A stretch of DNA of 64,000 nt from Octopus sinensis (GCF_006345805.1 NC_043000.1:67518001-67582000); one strand, 5' to 3'. Positions 1 to 13,399 are shown, numbered from the stretch's first letter. The notes: a model not told the origin generated them from the sequence alone. Numbers and translations are program-made.

Positions 1-197
1 ATTGTTTTGAAGTTAATTTTAGAAAGAGATCAATGTTAATAGCCCTTGTAAAGGTCATGCACTTAATATTCAGCTCTAAGTTTCACGGGTGGATATTTGG
101 ATGGGGAATTTTTGCTGTGAGTTTGAAGTTCTGTGGAGGAAAGATCGAGAAAAGCATTTCAGAAATGTCTAAAGATGAGGAGAACAAAGGAGAGAGA

Positions 198-235
<38 letters not shown>

Positions 236-900
236 CCATTAGGTTTTTGGGTGAGTTGGTGCATGTTTTATAAGTTCAAAAGAGTAGAAACCATTGTGGC
301 AGTTGAAAAAGATATAGAGGAAAGACTTGGGCTTGGGGTTGCGCCGTATTGATTAATTGTTTACCTCACAGTTGAATGAATCTTTCCTTTAATGCAGTCT
401 AGAATAATTATATATGTTGTAGATTAACTATTGAACAATTCAGTGAACACTACTCTAATATAGGATATATTCCAGCCCCACAGAGAGTCAGCAACTCTTC
501 GATGCTGAAGTAATTTCTGCATCTTAAAAAAGAAACTAAACATCTAGGATACCTTCCTGGTTATATTATAGATGTTTAGTCGGGCCAATCATCTGCAAAG
601 AGATTATCGGGCCAAACATCTGCAAAATTTTCAAAGGGTTTAGATGTGTATTTTTCATAAGTTGGAATAAATAGAGCTGCATGTTTTCTCGATGTGTATA
701 GTAACTATATTATGATTCTCTTCAGTTTATCTAGGTTGTCCTATTTGCAATATACTTTGTAATCTCTGTTACAGGCAGTGTGCGAAACGAAGGTGTAGCC
801 AAAGTTACAGTCACCGGTCTTGTTAAAATTCAATGGAACAATTTTACTTCCGTACAAGTTACAAAAGAATGAAACTAATGGTATGATGCGAGGAAACTTG
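1..900 (-). pseudogene. Highly decayed Penelope-like reverse transcriptase relic, interrupted by a (GA)n tract
   Basis: Minus-strand pieces read GPIISLQMIGPTKHL (cf. RPIVS..G.PT..L), ISYIRVVF (cf. SYI.D..F) and LFE..CTNSP (cf. SFD..SLYTNIP) in the expected order, with many stops and frameshifts. Confidence 0.35.
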
Positions 901-2449
901 TTTAGGAATTTTATATTAAGTTGCAATTGATCTAGTTCAACCGTAATCTAGAGAGAGGGACTCAAAATGTTAAAGGAGAAATAGCTTATCTTCGGAAATC
1001 TAGATGCATGCCGGACTAGATAGCATTAGAGAGACACAGGTTGACGTAATTGGTGGTGATGCATATCAGCTCAGAAACACTCTGCTAAGGGAGAAAAGCA
1101 CGAATAACATCTACACAGGTCACCTTTTGGGTTATTGAATCGATATTGGTATTGCAGTATTCACTTCTACAATATCACTATTTTTCCTGCTTTTGATATA
1201 GCTGTTGTTTAAAACTATTCACAAGCCTGATGAGAAAATCCTATTTTCTGATTCTTTAATTTGAAATAACATTCAGACCCACCTTATAATCTGAAAAACT
1301 CTTTGACATAATTAATAATTTCTGCCATCAGAAATACTTAACCATATGTGTTATACCTTCCATTGTTTTTCTCTAACAGTACTAAAATTTATCTCAACTA
1401 TTTAACCTCATTAAACTTCTCGTTTGGAGGACATTTTCTTCTTAAGCTTTAACCTGGCTTCTATTCCTCCGAATCCTATGATTCTGAAATATTTTTTCTC
1501 TCCAGCTAATAATTGGTAATAGAATTAAGTGAGAACCCTACTAGTGTCGTCCAATAACCATTCTCGTAGTTAACAGAAAAGAAGACTATGCACTTCTTTT
1601 ACCCAAGTGAATAGTTTAAAGCATTTGCAATTGGCTGATTACATACTGTCACAGAGGACTTCACTGTCACTGATTACTTATTGAGAAAAATTACTCTTTA
1701 AAATGTGACATTTTAATATAAGCCCTATGCATTTGATGATTGAATTTTTTTCTAAATAAAAGTAGTTTTGATGGTGATTGTTGAAAACATACGGTAGCAT
1801 ATTCATATTTTTGTAAAACTCTTCATTAAAAATATCAAGACATTGAGAATGATTTGTGATGTAGTTAAAGAATCACCACTACATTCTACATTATGGTTCA
1901 TCCCTGCTAGAGTTACGACTTATGTCTCTAGTTATCGGTAACAAACGAGTTTTTGTAATATCGAAAAGCATTTGAAAATATAGGCTTCGCACGACGGTAG
2001 GTTGAAGGGATGTAAAATCAAATAAAGTACAGTCAATTCAATTTCGAATATGAGAGGAATAGCATTTGAAAGAAGAGATTGTACAGTTTTTACTGAGCTC
2101 ACATTACAATCTAGAATAGGGCTACTGTGATGCACCAAGATGTGTCATGTTTTATTGATCGGTTCGTGGTTACAATGCTTTCGGTAAAGTTAACGTTTAT
2201 CATGATGCATATTTTCGAAAACAAAATTAGCCACGCACATTCTCCAAGTCAAAATATTCCAAATTACTGTTAGAATATTCCACAAAACCTTTTCTTTGTT
2301 GTATTTTCTATCTGTTTATCTTAATTACCACGCCAGTTACGTGAATGATACAAAACTCTCGTTATTTTTCCCCATTCAGATATCAATCGAAATTCGCCCG
2401 TAGAGTGGAACTTGTCCAGTACTGCACATTTCTTGCAACTAATACATCT

Positions 2450-3250
2450 GACACAATACTGCCGGTAGCTATAAAGAGAACAAAAATGACATTCAGAAAT
2501 TGTAAATCATTATTCTAGAGTAAATATTGCTCGCAACATTGATCAACCAACACCTGTGTCCTTATTCCTTATTTTCCTGTTCGAAGAGTTAAAGGTATCT
2601 TTATTAGCAAATTAGCAGCTATAAAGTAACCTAACCACTGTATGCTTCTATCTCTTTACAGGAATAAAAAGAACATATAACACAATTGCTAGGTCCTCGA
2701 GGGCAAACTTTTCCAAAAATATATCCTGAATTTGAGAGATATAGCTAATCAAGCTCCTTTGATTGGAATCCCTCAAAAGATTTGGATAACTTTCCTCTAA
2801 AAATCTATAATTATTTAACAGCCAAACAAGAAGTATCTGGAACATAATGAGCTTTGAAAATGACGCTACAGTTTGTAACCATAAAAATTTAATAAATCTG
2901 TAAGATGATCTCTACAATTTGAAAGCAATATTCCAATAACTGAAGCTCATTGAAGTCTTTCAAATCAGTGTAAGGGTATTCAGTAAAAAGGCCGGAAACT
3001 TCTTATGATCATTGAATTTTGAAAACACCAGTACAATTATCTTCAAAAATTATCTTACAAAGTTAAACATTAAAGACGAAAGTTTAATAGTATTATAGGC
3101 GCATTAGCTGAGAAGAGAAAATTGTGCATTTGTATCAGTAGAAATATTAAATTCTTGTTTGAGACTGCATTAGCTACTTGTGCTTTTAATCCTATTTTTA
3201 TTAGTCTAAGATACGGTATTATCTTTTCAGATTCCTGTGGATTGAGAAAC
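2450..3250 (+). mobile_element. Possible decayed hAT transposase fragment
   Basis: Only a weak VRWLSRG-like segment (~2685-2710) and a CNLKAIFQ.LKL segment are recognisable. Confidence 0.2.
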
Positions 3251-6200
3251 TTGAATAACTAAAAATCTTCACCTGTTTAAACCATTCGCTTGTTTTGTGT
3301 ATGTGTGTGTGTGTGTGTGTGTAATTAGATGCGCTGCATCTTTATTCGTTCTATAATTAGATCCTGTGAAAAAGTAAAAATAAACATACTAAATCATCAA
3401 AAATATTACTTTAAACGGCTTGAATTTGAAGGTTCTCGAAGTGGACTGTGAGAACAAATAGAGCGCGTTCAACACTCCTTGTAAAGAATGTTCTAGATGT
3501 CAGCATAGTTAACAGCAGAAACAGAACGTTCGGATACAAGTATATATTCAGTTGAATGGTTTACTTTAAAGGGAGTTAAAATGCTTTTGTTGCTAAGTTA
3601 AAGAACAAACTTTTCTTGAACGAAATTATAAACAAAACACGAAACATTTTAGTTAAATATTTGCACTTCAGAACAGCCTACCCGTCATAATTTGAGTATG
3701 AAAGGGGCTAAAATTAACGAAATCATAAAATGGTAAATATATGTTAGCTGTCTAATGTAAAATATGTCATAGCGTTTAACATTTCCTTTATGATCAATTA
3801 AACCTTATCTAATGTGTTTCATTAATATCTATTACATGCTATTACTGGATCTTTACCAAAAATCCTTCAATTACTACTTTAATTCAATATCAAAATCAAA
3901 ATGTTATCATCAGAGTTATTTTCTATTTAAAATAGAAACAGCAAGCTTTTACAAAAATGATTAAGTGTAAAATATTTAGTAACAATATAAAACAAGGTGA
4001 TGGTATCTCGAAAATAAACAAATAGTCTTGTAATTACATTCCGTACTTGTATAAGTAGTTATTTTTTAAAATAACTTATTTTACAATGCAAGTTATAATG
4101 CAAAATAATAAATTGAAATTTAATGTTATGGAAATTGTCACATTTTGGAAATTCATCTATTTGTCTTTTTTTAAGCATTGAAGAATTTACCAATGAAGAA
4201 GGTGACTATTTATATCAGTCCAGGAATATTCTGATTCACTTCCAGTGAAGTGTTTAAGGCACTAATTTTATGATCACTCGATTTCCAGGTGAGTGATAAA
4301 ATTAAAGACCAGATATTTTTCAATTATTGGCAGAGGTTTCATAAAACACAATCAACCACAATGGTTTTTATATAATTAAGTCATAAATATTTTATATGCA
4401 AATGTATCAGACAGAAAAAAATAGAATTTAGTAGTTTAGTATATCTAAACTCAGCATATTATTTACAAAATAAACTATTACGTTAAACAGTGCAGAAAAT
4501 TTGCAACTTAAATTTATATTTACAGCTTAAACTATTACACTTACAATAGCAAGGTCGCGGGTGCACGGCAAAAACAATAAAAATATGTTTTAAATGAGAA
4601 AAAAAACAAATAAAATTTAAAGAAAGTTTTAATAAAACAAAAAAAAACTGTAAACTGTAAAAGATGAACTCGGGCTATGTTTATTCTAAATACGTCTGAA
4701 CATAAAATAACGTTACTAAAAAAACATCCAGTTCAGGTTTCTCTTTGATAATTTTTCTTCTTTTATTGAATACAGATGTAATTACTTAATAATTTTCTGT
4801 AGTTCAAATTATTTATATTTATAGACTAGAATATATAAAAATCATTTTTATCATTTTTAAAACAAATTTATGCACAAAGCGTAGCAAAATATTTAACACG
4901 CTTTACAGTTTGCTGAGAAAAAAAAAATAACTAACACTCATGAAATGAAATGCCACTCATCATTTAAGACAAGATGTGACTTACGGGAGACTTGATTTAT
5001 ATTTCTAGCAGTGCTCCCTCTCTGACGAATTATTGTAATAATGTTTTAATCGGTAAAGGAAAACATTTGTAATAACACTAATGGTAGTCGAGAGCTTAGT
5101 ATTTATCCTGCTTGCATATTCCTGCTGTTTATAGATTTTGATGCATATGTTAAAAGGTAGGGCAAAAAATATTTAGAATAATTTCTTTTGTAGCGAAATC
5201 GATCTCTCTTCTATCGATCAAAATTTCGGTCTTTATGTTTACATTTATAAAATTTGTTGATTATAACCTATGGTTTATGACATTTGTTAAAAGTGTACTT
5301 AATGTTAGAAAGTGCCAAGATACTATTTAATAGTCCAAAACATAATGTCCTTAGTTTTAACTGAATGGGAACTCCGATAAATTATATGGAAATAATATAT
5401 ACACCATATGAACTCAAGATATATTTTCTCTCAATCATTAAGCATTATTGTATTCTATCTTTCGAAAACGAAACCAAAATATATCTTTAAATTCGTGTAA
5501 AGTATTTATTATATACTAATGAGTATAACCTTTAATGTAAACAATATAATAGAAAGTGCAAAAAGAAAAGGCTTTGGTGAACCGAGGGAATGACTTAGGT
5601 TCGATCCCTAAAATAAGCATTTCTCTGACACCATTAATATCTTTGAGAAGATATGAACAAATGACTTCAATACAATCAGGAATATCACTCAGAGTACTAT
5701 CAGATATATGATGAAACAAGATTCAGATATATATTTTTAAAATAAGCCTCATTTAATAAGCTAATGTACGAGAAAACAGGTTCCGTTCCCTTTTTTTCTA
5801 CTGAGAAGACTAATACAAAGCATATTGATTATACCCTTCTTACCAATTTTTCAGAATTAGAATAAGAAACCAGATGTTCTTATATAGTGTGTATGCGATT
5901 GATACGCGATGAAAAGGTGTTCTGTAGATGTGAAAATGGTTGAGCAACTTCTAGTTGTTACAATGTGAGAAAAATAAAAGCAGAAAGTCGATGATGGTTT
6001 AAATTCTCCACAGCAATTTGCCAATCAAGATTATTGCTTTCTTAGGTACGTTCTACAAGTATTTTGTTCCAAGAAGGATGCTCTCCAAGATATGGAAACT
6101 ATACACAAGAATTAACAGAAACTCCATTTCAACTATATCAATGTTTTTCTCCTTCAGTCCAATTTAAGGTTTTTCTACGATTTTTGCTTCTAGTAAATAG

Positions 6201-6790
6201 AGGTGTTAAATGTGTTCTACACTAGAGAAATTTAACGTTGTGAAAAGTTTTCTTTTGAATATCGTGTATGTTTGTTGGGTTTTTTTCTTTTTAATTAAGC
6301 TACTATTCTTTCAGATAATCATACATAGGATAAATGAATTCTCTTGACGCAGCTACAAGGATGACGAGGAGAGATAACTACGTTATTGAAAAGCTTGAAA
6401 ATATGAAGTTATTTGAGCGAATGTCTCTTCTCTTTAACAATATCTCTGCTGTAAAACGAACGTACTAATTACTTGAATTTTTATTATCATGTGTATCAAT
6501 CAACGGATAATAAGCCTTATTTACCAACATATTAGACTAGTAGTTGTTGAACTTATCATTATAGTCATCGAAAAAGTTGTAAATTATTCTCATACTTCTT
6601 CTGCTAACAACGACGAATTGTAACATTTTGTATACATCACAGGGTTTCTGCCACCTGCATTTATAATACATGGTATATATATTGCAGCGGTCTTTCAGTT
6701 TTTCTAAGCACTGTAAAAGAATTCGGAAGGTTGGACCTCCAATCAGGTCTTCGCCTTGCGTTTAAAGCCAGAAACTTTTCAGCACCTCCG

Positions 6791-6842
<52 letters not shown>

Positions 6843-7084
6843 CCTATGTAAATACGCCCGTGTATATGCACCTGCATATATATATACTTTGTATATACCA
6901 TCATCTATATTATACATACATGTATACGTTTAGAAGGTTTGGTGTGTTGGACTTACGGTCATAAGGTTGTAAGTTCGATTTCTAGAACGAGTAGCCTATT
7001 GTTTTCTTGGGAAACACTCTTCGTTCCAGTCTCTTCTACAATCACTCCAATCCTCTCTCTTCCGCTGGATCAAGGATGTGAAAT

Positions 7085-7285
7085 GGAAGAGGTGTCAATG
7101 TCTGCTCGCCATAGGTGGGCTAATCGATTATATCAAAACCGAGTGATCAACTGGTACTTATTTCACCGACCTCGAAGGGATGAAAGGCAAAGGCGACCTC
7201 GGTGGCATTTGAACTCAAAACGTAAAGTCGGACGAAATATACTAAGCACTTTGTCTGGCTTCCTAACGTTTCTTCCAACTCACCG
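7085..7285 (-). mobile_element. tRNA-headed SINE family C, diverged copy
   Basis: Reverse complement matches the copies at 13836 and 14760 (central GCCTTTCATCCTTTCG..GTCGATAAA..AGTACCAG block). Confidence 0.8.
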
Positions 7286-7937
7286 TTTTAATCATATCTT
7301 TCAAATTATGAACACTTCTTTCCCTTTCACAAGTAATATATTTTGCTGTTTCTTAAGGTTTAGAAGTGTCTACACACATGTTTAAAGGAGAACGATAGTG
7401 CTGTTTCTTAAGATTATTTTCCAGTATCTTCTAATATGCTTTCCCAGAATATCTTTACGAAAATGAAACCGATTAGAAATTTAGTAGAACAGCATAATAA
7501 ATAATTAATCCTGTCTCGAAATACTAAAATCAATAAAGACTGATTTGCATACTGTTAAATGGATAAGAGACAACTCTTCCCCCTGTACAGAACATTAGTC
7601 TGCTGCAGGTAAGTTACCAAGAATCGTCTGCTACGTCTTCATTGCATCTAGTTGAATTAAAGCAATGTTGGGAAAAGTGTCTTTCTAGTCAACGTTATAC
7701 TACATCACAGAAGAGTAAAATAATTAGAATATTGCTCCTAATTATCTTGTTGTATCGAGGAGAATGAGTAGAGAATAATCACAAAAGCTAATTACATTTC
7801 ATTAACTTTTTTAATGAAATCTGATTGACCATTTTAATTTGTCATTTTTTTTTTTTTTCGTTTTCATCTTTTTTTTTGGATTGCCTTTCATTCTTCTAGG
7901 ATCAGCAAACAAAGAACCGGTCTAAGGTAGTGAACTG

Positions 7938-8213
7938 ATGAAACCATTAGAACATCACAAGAGGTGTCTTGCGGTATTGTTTCTGGCTCTGTGCATTCTA
8001 AGTTCAAATACTGCTGTAGCCTATTTGATCGTAGACTTAATCTGCGACCCGGTTTATCACAACCACTTGGTTCTGGGTGGCCTTAAGAGAATTCACTGCT
8101 TTGCAGGCATTGAAACAGTTCACTGTTTTGAGGAAACATTCCTCATCAAGTATATTCTTACCGTCCGTTTCGGAGGCCTTGAAAAGGGTTATCAGTACAG
8201 CTCTTCTTCATGA
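7938..8213 (+). CDS. Candidate 91-aa secreted-peptide ORF in a spliced exon
   Basis: Strong acceptor (long poly-T tract, ttcttctag ending 7899) just upstream of the ATG. N-terminus MKPLEHHKR-CLAVLFLALCIL-SSNTAVA has n/h/c signal-peptide architecture. No family recognised. Confidence 0.3.
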   Translation: MKPLEHHKRCLAVLFLALCILSSNTAVAYLIVDLICDPVYHNHLVLGGLKRIHCFAGIETVHCFEETFLIKYILTVRFGGLEKGYQYSSSS

Positions 8214-9107
8214 CTTGGTTATAAAAAAAGACATCCACCAAAGAACTTCACATAAAAATGACTTATTTGAGTACTGTATGGTCAGATATAGGTAGGATTT
8301 AAAATGCGAACAAATTAAAAGCTATTATAGGAAGTTACCTAAAGACCTTCCACAAATGTGTGGGAGTTATTTGACAATAAATTAATGTTCTTGAATCACT
8401 TAAAGCGTTCACTTAAATATTAGAAATAATATCTTTTGTATGTAACTTTCTTTATTTACAATTATATTACAGGAGAATTATTTTAGTTACTTAACACAAA
8501 AAACTGTTACATCCACTTATCATTTATTTCTTAAGTGTCGTGTACTATGAAGTCACAAAAGCTTCCTTACCCCTTCTGTGAGTTTTTATTCCGCAACAAT
8601 GGCCCTTATAATGGACAATGACTATAAGGAATAAAAGATAATTGAATGTAATAAATTGCGTGTGTGCTCTTAAATGGCTAAAATGTCTACATTTTCATGA
8701 ATAACTCCAGAAATATATTTAATTCTACTAAAAAGTAGTTTCTGTAAAAGCCTTGAATCCCCAACAAGCACAAGATCTGTCACATACTACAGCTAACCTC
8801 TAAATACCCAGACACTTCTATAGCATCCCAAAACATCACTTTTACATCGTTTTGTAAACACCATACACATATTCAACCAGTAGCGCCAGTAATCCGGTTA
8901 GCGAACACTGTACTGGGATACACACTACTAACTGTCGTGGTCTGACCATAATTTGAATGTAGTATAATTTCTCGCATAATTTTCATTCAAAAACTGCCTT
9001 ATCTTAATCCAGGTATCCTAAAGCCGTACCATGCTTCATTTGCATTAAACCAATCAAACCGTTTACACGAGAGGAATTAATTAATTAACATTATAATTGG
9101 AATAACA

Positions 9108-9935
9108 GCAGAACGATATTGAACAAAATAATGGAAACATTATTAAATGAAAGATTTATTATTTAATACGGAGTTGATCTACCTTTCGCATTGATCACAG
9201 CAGTGCTACATCGAGAAATTGACTCGTACAGGTTCTGAACGGTTGGGAATTTTGAGCCATTCTGAGTCAAATTCATTCAGCGACGATGGTAGAGAGAAGA
9301 GGACCCTCAGTTACTGCTCCAAAATGCACCTTAACGTTGAATTATATTGAAAACCGATACTTGTGGAGCCAGTTCAAGTGAGTGGTCTCCTTCACTTTTG
9401 AGCTCTTCATACCAGTTTGGAATTACATAAATTTTGGATATCGGCGCAGTATCGTCCTTGAAGATAGCGTAACAATCGGACAATAACGATGGACACGATC
9501 AGCCAAAATATTAAGATTGTCTTTGGAGTTAAATCTGGCCATGTAGAATAGCTAAAGGACCAAGACATTTTCATGATATGGTTACCTAAATCATCACAGA
9601 GCTACTTTCATGTTTCTCAATAGGAAAAGAGCAGTCAGATTTGAAGGTGTGTTTGGAATGTCTTCAGACACAAAGCCACCCTGATGACATTATTCCATTG
9701 AATCATTCACCATTTCTAACATTCTTGACACCATCTTTTCCGCTTATCATTGTTGAGCTGGAGAGGTCTAGCTATTGCAGCTTTCCCATGGTATTCAGCT
9801 TTATGGAGTACACAGTAAACGGTTTTGGTAACACAGGGTTGGTAAGGTAGTGATTTAGCTCTGCAGTCACTTTTGCTGCTATTTGCGATGATTGTTTTTT
9901 TAGACACAATATATTTCACTATTCTGCAGTTCTAA
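9108..9935 (-). mobile_element. Decayed Tc1-family transposon (3' part of transposase plus right end)
   Basis: Minus strand reads VTKTVYCVLHKAEYHGKAAIARPL (HTH-linker), KHESSSVMI..LGPL, IFKDDTAPI (second catalytic D) and VQNLYESISRC..AVINAKGRSTPY* (stop at 9163-9165). TIR-like AACAAAATAATGGAAACA near 9122. Confidence 0.85.
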
Positions 9936-10919
9936 GAGAAGAAAGCCTCGCCACACAGTCGATGGAACGGGTAGGCGTGAACCAGAGATCATTTTTTTTT
10001 TTTTGCAGATATGCTACGCCTTTTCTGACAATTGTACACTAGAATATCACAATGGTTTGTACGGAGTACAGCATTATTTGAACATGTATCTTTTCCACTT
10101 TCTGTTCTATTTTTGTATTACTGTAATTCTAGTAGTGAGCAAAGCAGATTCTGTTGGAGCACGCCAGTTGCTATTCCTCTGCACTTATAAACAATTGTAT
10201 GCACAACAGTGTGACGTTTAGGGCTAATGAAGCTATAAATACTTACAGCTAGTTCTGTGTGCATGTGTTTTTTATGTTTGTCTGATGTGCATTAGAGCGA
10301 GAGGAGGAGAGGGAGGAAGAGAGGCAACAGAGAATGACGGAAAGAGATGTAGAGAGAAGAGAAAAGTGAGGAGTGAGAAAAAAGTGAAAACAGAGAGAGA
10401 AAGAGAGAATAAGTTCTTTTAAGAGTGATTTGCGGGTGGTAGGGGGAAACATGAATAACTGAGTTTGCTGCGACAATGAACTCTATCTCTTGCAGATCCA
10501 GAGGTTTTTTTACCAAGTTCGTTTCGTTATGTACGTTTTTTTTTATATTGGTGGACCAAAATGATGTAAAGTGTGCAGCATTTTGTTTTTTGTTGTTGCT
10601 GTTGTTGTTTTAGCTCCAAGTTAATCTCGATCGAGTAGACCTACGATCAAAATAGTCCAGCCCCGTCTTTTTAGTCTGTATAAAGCACTATGTTAACTAA
10701 AGTATCCTTTGCGTATTTACGGCTGTTCAGTATTTGGCAGCTATGTAAAAGAGGATTTGGAAGCTGTGTAAAAATATACTTTTGGAAATTAAGGGGGGAT
10801 GCTAGTATAAATCCTTAGGCAAATACAAATATGTAGAATAGCATATAGCATAAATTGTTGATTTATTAAAATTATCTCCACTTCTGGAGGATGTACCATA
10901 ATTACCAAATGGTAATTAA

Positions 10920-11270
10920 AACCAGCTCCACTTGAGAAGAGGAGATAATTTCAAGAATCAAAGATTTTCTAAAACTGACGTGCCATGTAAGAAAAGGACA
11001 TAATTATTGTCTGGAGATAAGAGGAGAGGCGTCGATTGGTGTTTCTGGCTCAACAGCCGTTAACAGCACAACAGTTGTCCGATTTAATTTCCATTAACCA
11101 AATGGCTTAGACTTATATGAAAAATAGTAAAAAATATTTATGGCTTGAGTAATTTGCATAATTTAGATAAAAACAAGCTAAGCCTGTCTTTCTCTGTAAT
11201 GGCAAGTCAGTTTTGGAGAAAGTTTGGTTCTCTAGATTATCCCCCCTTCTTAAGTAGAGTTGGTCTTAAT
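10920..11270. repeat. MITE-like inverted repeat pair; related motif copies at ~12040-12090 and ~18425-18480
   Basis: CAGCTCCACTTGAGAAGAGGAGATAAT (~10923) and ATTATCCCCCCTTCTTAAGTAGAGTTG (~11236) are imperfect reverse complements. Confidence 0.45.
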
Positions 11271-11609
11271 TGTTATTTATCATATCATCAAGAAGCAGAT
11301 AATGTTAATGAATCAAAAATTTATGTTGTATGTTATTTGACATACTTGTATTTGTCTATGTTATTCAAATATACATACCACAAGCCACATTGAGTTATTT
11401 CACTTAATTTAATTTTGTTTAAATTATACAAATTACATAAGCCATAAACGTTTTCTGTTCTTTTTTTATATAAGTCTAAGTCCTTTGGTTACCGGAAAGA
11501 AGGTCGGATTGTTGTCGTAGTGATGACACATGTTGGGGTAGGAACACGTGCCCTGACTATCCTCTTATTTCTTGACAATAAAGATCTCCTTCGGCCTTGA
11601 ATGATATGG

Positions 11610-11985
11610 GATTGCACCTAGACAGTTATCCTCTGAGGCACAAGTCTGGCCAAGGTTATTTTCGGAAAACCAGCATTTGTCCATGCATACCAGCCTTCCC
11701 TCTCCATGCCATCGATGTTATCCAAGGAAAAGGCAAAAGCCGATACAGCTTGGTACCAGTGAGGTTGCAACTGATTTCTGCGGCTGAGTAAACTGGAACA
11801 ACGTGAAATAAAGTGTCTTGCTCAAGAACAGAATACACAGCCCGCTCTAACTACTGAACCATGCGCCTTCCCTGAAATAAAGTGTCTTGTTCAAGAACAC
11901 AACACGCAGCCAAGTTCGGGAATCAAAACTTACCACTTCATGATTGTGAGCCCTACGCTCTATCCACTGACCCACATACCTACAC
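11610..11985 (-). mobile_element. CORE-type tRNA-derived SINE family B, with partial internal duplication
   Basis: Minus strand has a tRNA-like head with B-box-like motif and the TGTTCTTGA(G/A)CAAGACACTTTATTTCA core twice, as in the 31931 and 58815 copies. Confidence 0.75.
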
Positions 11986-12404
11986 TTCCTGACAATAAAT
12001 CTGTCTTTTTTCTTTAATGACATTAATTCTGGAGAATTATTGATTCTTGAGATTATCGCCCCTTCTTAAGTGCAGCTTGTCTTAGTTGTCATTTGGTGAT
12101 ATATCATCAAGAAGCGCAGATAATTTTAATAAATCGAGAATCTATGTTATATGGCATTTTACATATCTGTATTCGTCCATGTTATACAAATACATGCCAC
12201 TGCCAACTTTCAGTTATTTCTGTTAGCTATTTTTTGTTGTATTTTATGGTTGCATAAGGGAATATGTTGTCCCTACAAATCATTAATATGTACGTACCAG
12301 TTGCCAGGAATGTGTTTAATATGCAAAATATAGTATATCCAATTACACCACTATATTTAGTGGCTGTTTAAGCAATGAGTTCGCGAATGTTAAATGGGTT
12401 CGAT

Positions 12405-12455
12405 GTGGTGCTGATGAAGGAACAAGAACTCCAGAAATATGGCATATACACTCAC
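12405..12455 (+). ncRNA. Minimal type-I hammerhead ribozyme-like motif
   Basis: GTG-CTGATGA-A-GGA..TCC-A-GAAA-TATG-G-CATA-TA-CAC: core boxes present, near-palindromic stem III, but stem I is short and there is an A-A mismatch at the base of stem II. Confidence 0.5.
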
Positions 12456-13013
12456 TACCCACTTTTCATCTTCGATCTCATTGTTGTTTACATTAGGCGT
12501 ACTCGGATGCGAAACGTCGTAACAAATCAGTGCTGGCTATAATTTCTATAGAAAATCTAAAGAGATAATCTTAGCAAATAGATTAGTATAAGTCCTGTTG
12601 GTTGTAATATAATGTTTATACACAGCTATATGTTACACTCTGTTGGCGTAACATATAGCTGTGAGTACCCTAAGTGATACAAGTTTCGAGCTGGTTGATG
12701 TACGATTGCGGTGGTTGTACAGTTTTGGTGTGAGTGCGAATAGGATATCATCTATGTGAGTTTGTGTCTATGTGTGAAGAGGTGTAGTAATTTTTTGTTG
12801 GTGCAATTTAACATAGTTGATAAGCCTACCTATCTCTATGACACTCCCGTGAAGAAAATACAACTACTAGATGTATATGTGCAAGGCAGGAGATTAGTGA
12901 GATAAGATCTAGTTTAATTAACATTTTGTATTTTAAGATGTATCATAATATATATATAATAATAATAGGGAATATTATATATTATATTGCTATATATATA
13001 TATATATGTGTGT

Positions 13014-13074
<61 letters not shown>

Positions 13075-13271
13075 CGTGTATTTTCCCTTGTTAACAATTA
13101 ACACGGAAAAAATAGATAAATAGTTACCAGGGTAGCAAAACATCACAGAAGTAAAAAGGTTGTAACTCCTTATTTTTAAAGGTAGAAACTTCGGGTTTAC
13201 GTGACATTTTTTGTATAATATATATAAATAAAGAAATGGAGTTAAACGTAGGTGTTATTCAAATTCTTTTA

Positions 13272-13358
13272 CTTCCGACACATGTTTCGAAGATAACGCT
13301 AATATTATTCCGAAGGAATAAAATGGTGTAAAACAATGTAATCTTCTCTTCAGGGAAG
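13272..13358 (-). ncRNA. Type-I hammerhead ribozyme with extended stem II
   Basis: Minus strand: CTTCC-CTGAAGA-GAAGAT..(TTATTCC-TTC-GGAATAA)..ATCTTC-GAAA-CATGTG-TC-GGAAG. All core nucleotides are intact, with a GUC cleavage triplet. Confidence 0.85.
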
Positions 13359-13399
13359 TGAAGAAATGATACTCGCCAATAAGACATTTTAACAGAAAA

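Noticed and set aside
1226-1255. CTGATGA followed by a GAAAAT/ATTTTC stem
   Set aside because: No GAAA after stem II and no stem III, so not a hammerhead.
6939-7385. 148-aa ORF
   Set aside because: It runs through SINE B and SINE C fragments.
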